A stretch of DNA of 63,873 nt, the filler included, from Caldilineae bacterium (GTDB taxonomy: Bacteria; Chloroflexota; Anaerolineae; DTLA01): NCBI GenBank assembly GCA_037446815.1. It is 5 parts of 5 records of this genome, joined end to end, with 100 filler letters (N's around TTAATTAATTAA, not from the genome) between each part and the next. Parts side by side here need not be neighbours in the genome. Positions count along the whole stretch, not along the records: positions 55,575 to 63,873 come from JBBIHX010000132.1; 4 more parts are not named here. One strand, 5' to 3'. Under the pieces are notes generated by a model, which ran no database searches, had not been told where the DNA came from, and saw only the letters and a list, made by a program, of their open reading frames with translations. The position numbers were made by a program, and so were the translations under genes. Positions 59,546-63,873 of the stretch are shown piece by piece (within the stretch, counting starts at the first letter, position 1; each line of letters starts with the position of its first letter).

Positions 59546-59610
59546 CTTACCTTTCTCTAATCTTTGTTTTACCTTCATTTTATGCGCATCGGGTATATAG
59601 GCGGTAGAAT
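59546..59610 (+). promoter_or_regulatory. Four 11-bp-period direct repeats plus -10 candidates upstream of the hsp20 pair
   Basis: CTTAC-N6-CTAAT-N6-TTTAC-N6-TTTAT-N10-TATATA; TAGAAT lies 11 nt further on. Confidence 0.65.
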
Positions 59611-59637
59611 CACTTCTGGCAACAGGGAGGTGAGACT

Positions 59638-60087
59638 ATGGCAGACCTGGTTCGTTGGGATCCGTTCCGCGAGATGGTGAGCCTGCGTGAGGCGATGGAC
59701 CGGCTGTTTGAGGAGAGTTTCGTCCGTCCCTTCGGCCCGCTCTTCCGCGCCGAGGGCATGGGCACTCTCGCCATTGACATGTACGAGACCGATAACGATG
59801 TGGTGGTCAAGGCGTCGGTGCCCGGCGTGAAGGCCAAGGATTTGGATATCACCGTTACGGGCAACACCCTGACGATCAAGGGTGAGGTCAAGGAAGAGGC
59901 CGAGGAGAAGAAGGGCGGCTATCATTACCGCGAGCGCCGGTACGGGGCCTTCCAGCGGTCGGTTACCCTGCCGGTGGACGTGGAGGCCGATAAGGCCGAG
60001 GCCACCTTTGAGGACGGCGTGCTGACCCTCAGACTGCCGAAGGTGGAAGAGGCGAAGCCGAAGCAGATCACCATCAAGGCGAAGTAA
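59638..60087 (+). CDS. Small heat shock protein Hsp20
   Basis: WDPF, RERRYGAFQRS, ATFEDGVL and IxI tail. Confidence 0.95.
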   Translation: MADLVRWDPFREMVSLREAMDRLFEESFVRPFGPLFRAEGMGTLAIDMYETDNDVVVKASVPGVKAKDLDITVTGNTLTIKGEVKEEAEEKKGGYHYRERRYGAFQRSVTLPVDVEADKAEATFEDGVLTLRLPKVEEAKPKQITIKAK

Positions 60088-60171
60088 AGGCACGGTGTTC
60101 GCGAGGGCCGGGGTATCTTCTCATCCCCGGCCCCGCATCGGAATCATCCACTCTCATCTAGGAGGCGGCAT

Positions 60172-60618
60172 ATGGCACGGCAAGTTTCTGTTTGGGAACC
60201 GTTCCGGGATTTCGTAACCCTTCGCGATGCGATGGATCGGCTGTTTGAGCAGAGTTTCGTTCGGCCCGCGGCGGAGTTCGCCGGCGACCGGGTGTATCGG
60301 CTTCCCGTGGACGCCTACAGCACCGAGGACGCGGTGTACGTGGAGGCGGCGCTGCCCGGCGTCAATCGGGATAGCGTGGACATCTCGCTGGACGGCGAGA
60401 CCCTGACCATTCGCGCCGAGGTTCCGGCTCCCAAGGACGAGGGGCGCGACTACGCCATCCGCGAGCGGTTCTATGGCACGCTCCAGCGGTCGCTGACGCT
60501 GAATGTGCCGGTGGACGCGGCGAAGGCCGAGGCTACGTTTGAGAACGGCGTGCTGACCCTGCGCATCCCGAAAGCGGAGGCGGCCAAGCCGAGGAAGATT
60601 TCCGTCAAAACCAAATAG
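60172..60618 (+). CDS. Small heat shock protein Hsp20
   Basis: WEPF, RERFYG, ATFENGVL and IxV tail. Confidence 0.95.
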   Translation: MARQVSVWEPFRDFVTLRDAMDRLFEQSFVRPAAEFAGDRVYRLPVDAYSTEDAVYVEAALPGVNRDSVDISLDGETLTIRAEVPAPKDEGRDYAIRERFYGTLQRSLTLNVPVDAAKAEATFENGVLTLRIPKAEAAKPRKISVKTK

Positions 60619-60634
60619 AGGCGCAAGGGTTGAG

Positions 60635-60673
60635 GAAAAGGCGGGGCTATGACTGGCCCCGCCTTTTCTTTTT
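60635..60673 (+). terminator. Rho-independent terminator
   Basis: GAAAAGGCGGGGC-loop-GCCCCGCCTTTTC followed by a T run. Confidence 0.8.
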
Positions 60674-60693
60674 GGGGCGCGCTGCTGGGGTCG

Positions 60694-60966
60694 TCCACGA
60701 ATTACACGAATCTTCACGAATGGGACGGGTGGGGCTGGCGGCTGTAACCGTGAATTGCGCGAAACTATGCGTAGATAACGTGCGACGCACTTCCGAAGTG
60801 CGTCGCACGTTGTGCCGTCATGTGTCATTGCGAGCGAAGCAAGGCAATCTCCTGCCCATGCACGAGATTCTTCGCGGCTTCGCCGCTCAGAATGACAGTT
60901 CCCAGGGAGTGCTTCGGGGCTTCGCCCCTCGCAATGATAGCCGCTAACAGGGTCTGGAACAGAATG
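60694..60966. repeat. Mixed REP cluster
   Basis: cacgaat units, aacgtgcgacgcacttccgaagtgcgtcgcacgtt hairpin, gtcattgcgag.. and gagattcttcgc.. units. Confidence 0.75.
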
Positions 60967-61087
60967 CCGCGCTGCGTTCGGTTGCCTTGGCGTGGCCGGC
61001 ATGGTATAATCGCGGCACGCGGCGAAGGGCCGACTCGGACGTCGGGGCATTCCAGCCCTCCGCAAGCCTGGGTGGCAAGGGGTTCGC

Positions 61088-61972
61088 ATGGGAAAGGGCA
61101 AATGCGCGGCCTACTGGATTCTGGCGCTGGCTGGTGTCATCGCGGTGATTGCCTTGGCGCGGCCGGTAGCGAGCCGTGGCTACAGCAACCTGGCGATGGT
61201 GGCCCTGTACCGGCATGCCCACGCCGTGGCCGCGGGCGCGTCGTCGGACGGGGACCTTGCGCGCGCGGAGGCGCTTCTGGAGCGGGCCGCCGAACTGGAT
61301 GCGGGCAATGGCGGGGCCCACAGGGGGCGCGGGTTCCTGTTGTGGGAACAGGGCGCGCGTGAGGAGGCAGGCAGGGAATGGCGACGCGGCGGCATTCCCG
61401 TGGACGATTTCTTGCGCGCGGCCCGGCAGGCGCAGAAAGCGGGGAATCGCGACGTTGCCATGGAGTGGTACCAGCGGGCGATGTCGGCGTGGCCCGACGC
61501 CAGCGAACCCTACGTTCGCGCGGCGGCGCTCTACGAGGGCGACAAGGACTGGGAAGCGGCCCTGGCGCTCTACGAGCGGGCGCTGGCGGCGGGCTCGTTC
61601 CCCTCGGATGTGGTGGAGCGGCAGGCTCACCAGGGGCGCGGGGATGCGCTGCGCAACCTGGGCCGACTCGCACAGGCCCTGCCCGAGTACGAGTGGCTTG
61701 TGGCCCATGCGCCGGACTACTACTGGGGCTACGTGCGCCTGGCGGAGGCGGTCTGGCAGGTGCAGGGCGACGCCCAGCGCGCGGAGCGCCTGTACCAGCA
61801 GGCGATCGCGCTGGACGCGGGCAACAAGTGGGCATATCGCGGGCTGGCCGTGCTGTACGAGAAAACGGGCCGACTTGCCGAGGCGGAGGGCGTGTATCGC
61901 AAGGTGCTGCAATTGGATCCCAACGATGAGGCCGCACAGAGCGGCTTGGAGCGCCTCAGCGGCAAACCATGA
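61088..61972 (+). CDS. Membrane-anchored TPR protein
   Basis: N-terminal TM and multiple TPRs. Confidence 0.85.
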   Translation: MGKGKCAAYWILALAGVIAVIALARPVASRGYSNLAMVALYRHAHAVAAGASSDGDLARAEALLERAAELDAGNGGAHRGRGFLLWEQGAREEAGREWRRGGIPVDDFLRAARQAQKAGNRDVAMEWYQRAMSAWPDASEPYVRAAALYEGDKDWEAALALYERALAAGSFPSDVVERQAHQGRGDALRNLGRLAQALPEYEWLVAHAPDYYWGYVRLAEAVWQVQGDAQRAERLYQQAIALDAGNKWAYRGLAVLYEKTGRLAEAEGVYRKVLQLDPNDEAAQSGLERLSGKP

Positions 61973-61981
61973 CGATACGCC

Positions 61982-62132
61982 GATTCGGTTCCAAACTGTG
62001 TTGGTCTACCCCGCGTGCCGCCTCCCAACTCTGTCATGCTGAGCCGAAGGCGAAGCATCTCGGTCAGCGAGATTCTTCGCGGCTTCGCCGCTCAGAATGA
62101 CAGTAGATGCCAACAGACTTTGGAACCGACTC
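61982..62132. mobile_element. 151-bp MITE copy with alternative cargo, TSD GATACGCC
   Basis: GATTCGGTTCCA...TGGAACCGACTC; perfect 8-bp direct repeat. Confidence 0.88.
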
Positions 62133-62155
62133 GATACGCCGTTCAGGTTGACACG

Positions 62156-63679
62156 ATGGCAAACTCTTCTTCTCCAATTGAAGAAAGCGGCTCGCTGGCC
62201 TTTCTTGGGCGGTCGGCGGTGTTGTCCGTGCTGTTCGGAGCCGAGGCGGTGGCCAGTTTCCTGTTGGACGTGGTCATCGCCGCCGTGTTCGGATTGAGTG
62301 TGCAGTCGGACGCGCTGTACGCCGCCTATGCGCTGCCCCAGAAGATGGGGCGCGGGATGTTCCAGAGCCTGACGAATTCGTTCATGGGGCTGTTCGCGGG
62401 CGAGCGCGACCGTCCGCGGGCCTACGGCGAGGCCATCACTGTCATCGCGGCGCTTGCGGTGCCGGTTTCGGCTCTGCTGTCGCTCACCAGCGCGTGGTGG
62501 CTGCCTGTTACCATCCCCGGGGCGACGGCTGCGACGCGCATCGCCGCGGTGCCGCTGGCCGCGGTCCTGGCGTGGCTGCTGGCGTTTCTGGCGCTGGCCG
62601 AGACGTTCCGCGCGATCTACTACCGCGAGGGCGTCATGTGGTTCCCGACGGTGGCCCGAATCGCGGGCATCGGGTTGTCGGTCGGCCTCGTGCTGGGCGC
62701 GCCGGTGGGCCAAAGGCTGACGCTGGCGGCGTGGGGGTTGACGCTGGGCGCGGCGCTGGAGGCCGTACTGGGCTTGGCGCTCCTACCTGCGCTCGTGCGC
62801 GTGCGGTACAGGCCGGCCTGGCCCGATGCCGCACGGCTGCGCGCCACGCTCGCCATGGTGGGGGTACCGCTGGCGGGCCAGGGCGTGTACGTGGCGGCGT
62901 CCATGGGGGAGCAGGTATTGGCGTCGCTGCTGCCGCCTGGTAGTATCACGGCGGCGAACTATGCGCGCCGCATCTTGAACACGCTGGAACGCTTCATTTT
63001 CCGCGGGTTTCTCATCACGACCATTCGCGAGAGCGCGGAACGAGCGCGGGTTGACCTGCGGTCCGATTTCCGCCAGGTGATGTTGGTGGCCCTGCCGGTG
63101 GCGGTGATTATGGGCGTGCTGCCCGTCCCGCTGACGGCTGTGGTTTTCGGGCGCGGGCAGTTCGGCGCCGAGCAGGTGGGGGTGTTAGCGCAGGCGCTCC
63201 AGATGTTTGCCCCTGCGGTGTTGGGCGAGGCGGTGACGCGCATCCCCGGGGGGCTGGCATACGCCAAGCGAAAGTTGCGCGTTCTGTTCATGTCGGCGGT
63301 GTTCTCGTCGGCGGCGCTGTTGGCGTCGGAGGCGGTGCTCATCTGGGCCGGGCTGGGCTTGCGGGCTCTGGGGCTTGGGGCTACAATTGGAGGTGTCGTG
63401 TCGTTCGCGTGGATGTACGCCGCGTTCCTGGGGCTGGAGGGCGTGCAGATGATGGACCGGCGTAGCGCGTTGCAATTGGTGGCTGTGGGTGCGGGCGCGT
63501 GGCTGGGGGCGGCGCTCCTCCAAGCGCTGGTTCGCGTCGCCATGGGGGTCAATGCGTCCGATGTTGCGTTGTTGGCCGGTGGAATGGCGGGCTGCGGGGT
63601 GTTTCTCGTGGCCGCGGCCTATGTCGTGGGGCTTCGCGAGGTGCGCAAACTGGTGGCTATCGTCCGAGGCGTTCGCTAG
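62156..63679 (+). CDS. MOP-superfamily flippase (MurJ/MviN-like)
   Basis: IAAVFG..SDALYAAY..P, GSITAANYA and VFGRGQF motifs; many TM helices. Confidence 0.8.
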   Translation: MANSSSPIEESGSLAFLGRSAVLSVLFGAEAVASFLLDVVIAAVFGLSVQSDALYAAYALPQKMGRGMFQSLTNSFMGLFAGERDRPRAYGEAITVIAALAVPVSALLSLTSAWWLPVTIPGATAATRIAAVPLAAVLAWLLAFLALAETFRAIYYREGVMWFPTVARIAGIGLSVGLVLGAPVGQRLTLAAWGLTLGAALEAVLGLALLPALVRVRYRPAWPDAARLRATLAMVGVPLAGQGVYVAASMGEQVLASLLPPGSITAANYARRILNTLERFIFRGFLITTIRESAERARVDLRSDFRQVMLVALPVAVIMGVLPVPLTAVVFGRGQFGAEQVGVLAQALQMFAPAVLGEAVTRIPGGLAYAKRKLRVLFMSAVFSSAALLASEAVLIWAGLGLRALGLGATIGGVVSFAWMYAAFLGLEGVQMMDRRSALQLVAVGAGAWLGAALLQALVRVAMGVNASDVALLAGGMAGCGVFLVAAAYVVGLREVRKLVAIVRGVR

Positions 63680-63873
63680 ATGAAAGTGGCGCTGGTTTCG
63701 TATGTCTTTGACCCGCGGGTGGGCGGCGGGGCCACAGGCTCGGCGAGGCACCTTGCCCACGAGCTGGCGGCGCGCGGCGATGAGGTGGTGGTCATCACGA
63801 CGACGCGCGAGCGGCGGCTGCGGGCGGAGCGAGAGGGGGATGTTACCGTCTACTCGTTCCTGCCCATGAACCT
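63680..63873 (+). CDS. Glycosyltransferase family 4 (partial, runs off the window)
   Basis: MKVALVSYVFDPRVGGG...LAHELAARGDEVVVITT. Confidence 0.8.
   Translation, partial: MKVALVSYVFDPRVGGGATGSARHLAHELAARGDEVVVITTTRERRLRAEREGDVTVYSFLPMN

Overview
This window comes from a high-GC bacterial genome, probably an anaerobic Chloroflexota/Anaerolineae-like MAG (inferred from gene content, the C-terminal 'FLPxVxR' motif and the repeat families). It is not one locus: five contigs (1-13940, 14041-27866, 27967-41687, 41788-55474, 55575-63873) are joined by 100-nt N-TTAATTAATTAA-N linkers. Contig 1: a cstA-headed minus-strand gene run with two small paralogous proteins and two Cys-free, complementarily degenerate ArsA/Get3-like ATPases, then an alpha-hydroxy-acid oxidase and butyrate kinase. 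Contig 2: recJ, era, yhhQ, ttuA/ttuB, htrA, a PP2C phosphatase with two non-RD Ser/Thr kinases, glpQ, an NYN-HEAT fusion and tRNA-Glu. Contig 3: a catabolic island (PGK-like, LarA, stand-alone PEP-utiliser, AOR, cyclase, two UPF0261 proteins, class II aldolase) and coxDE. Contig 4: a System I* cytochrome c maturation cluster (CcmE with CxxxY) with zinc-ribbon/CcmI-like accessory genes. Contig 5: dnaK-grpE-dnaJ-like, two hsp20 genes and a TPR/flippase/GT4 group. The two strongest non-coding signals are (a) a shared promoter architecture upstream of htrA, dnaK and hsp20 on two contigs (four YTHAY boxes at exact 11-bp period, then 10 nt, then a -10 box), suggesting a CIRCE-independent protein-quality-control regulon, and (b) a ~150-bp MITE with 12-bp terminal inverted repeats, 8-bp target duplications and interchangeable REP-like cargo. 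One MITE copy separates a gene from its RBS and creates a translationally coupled leader ORF.
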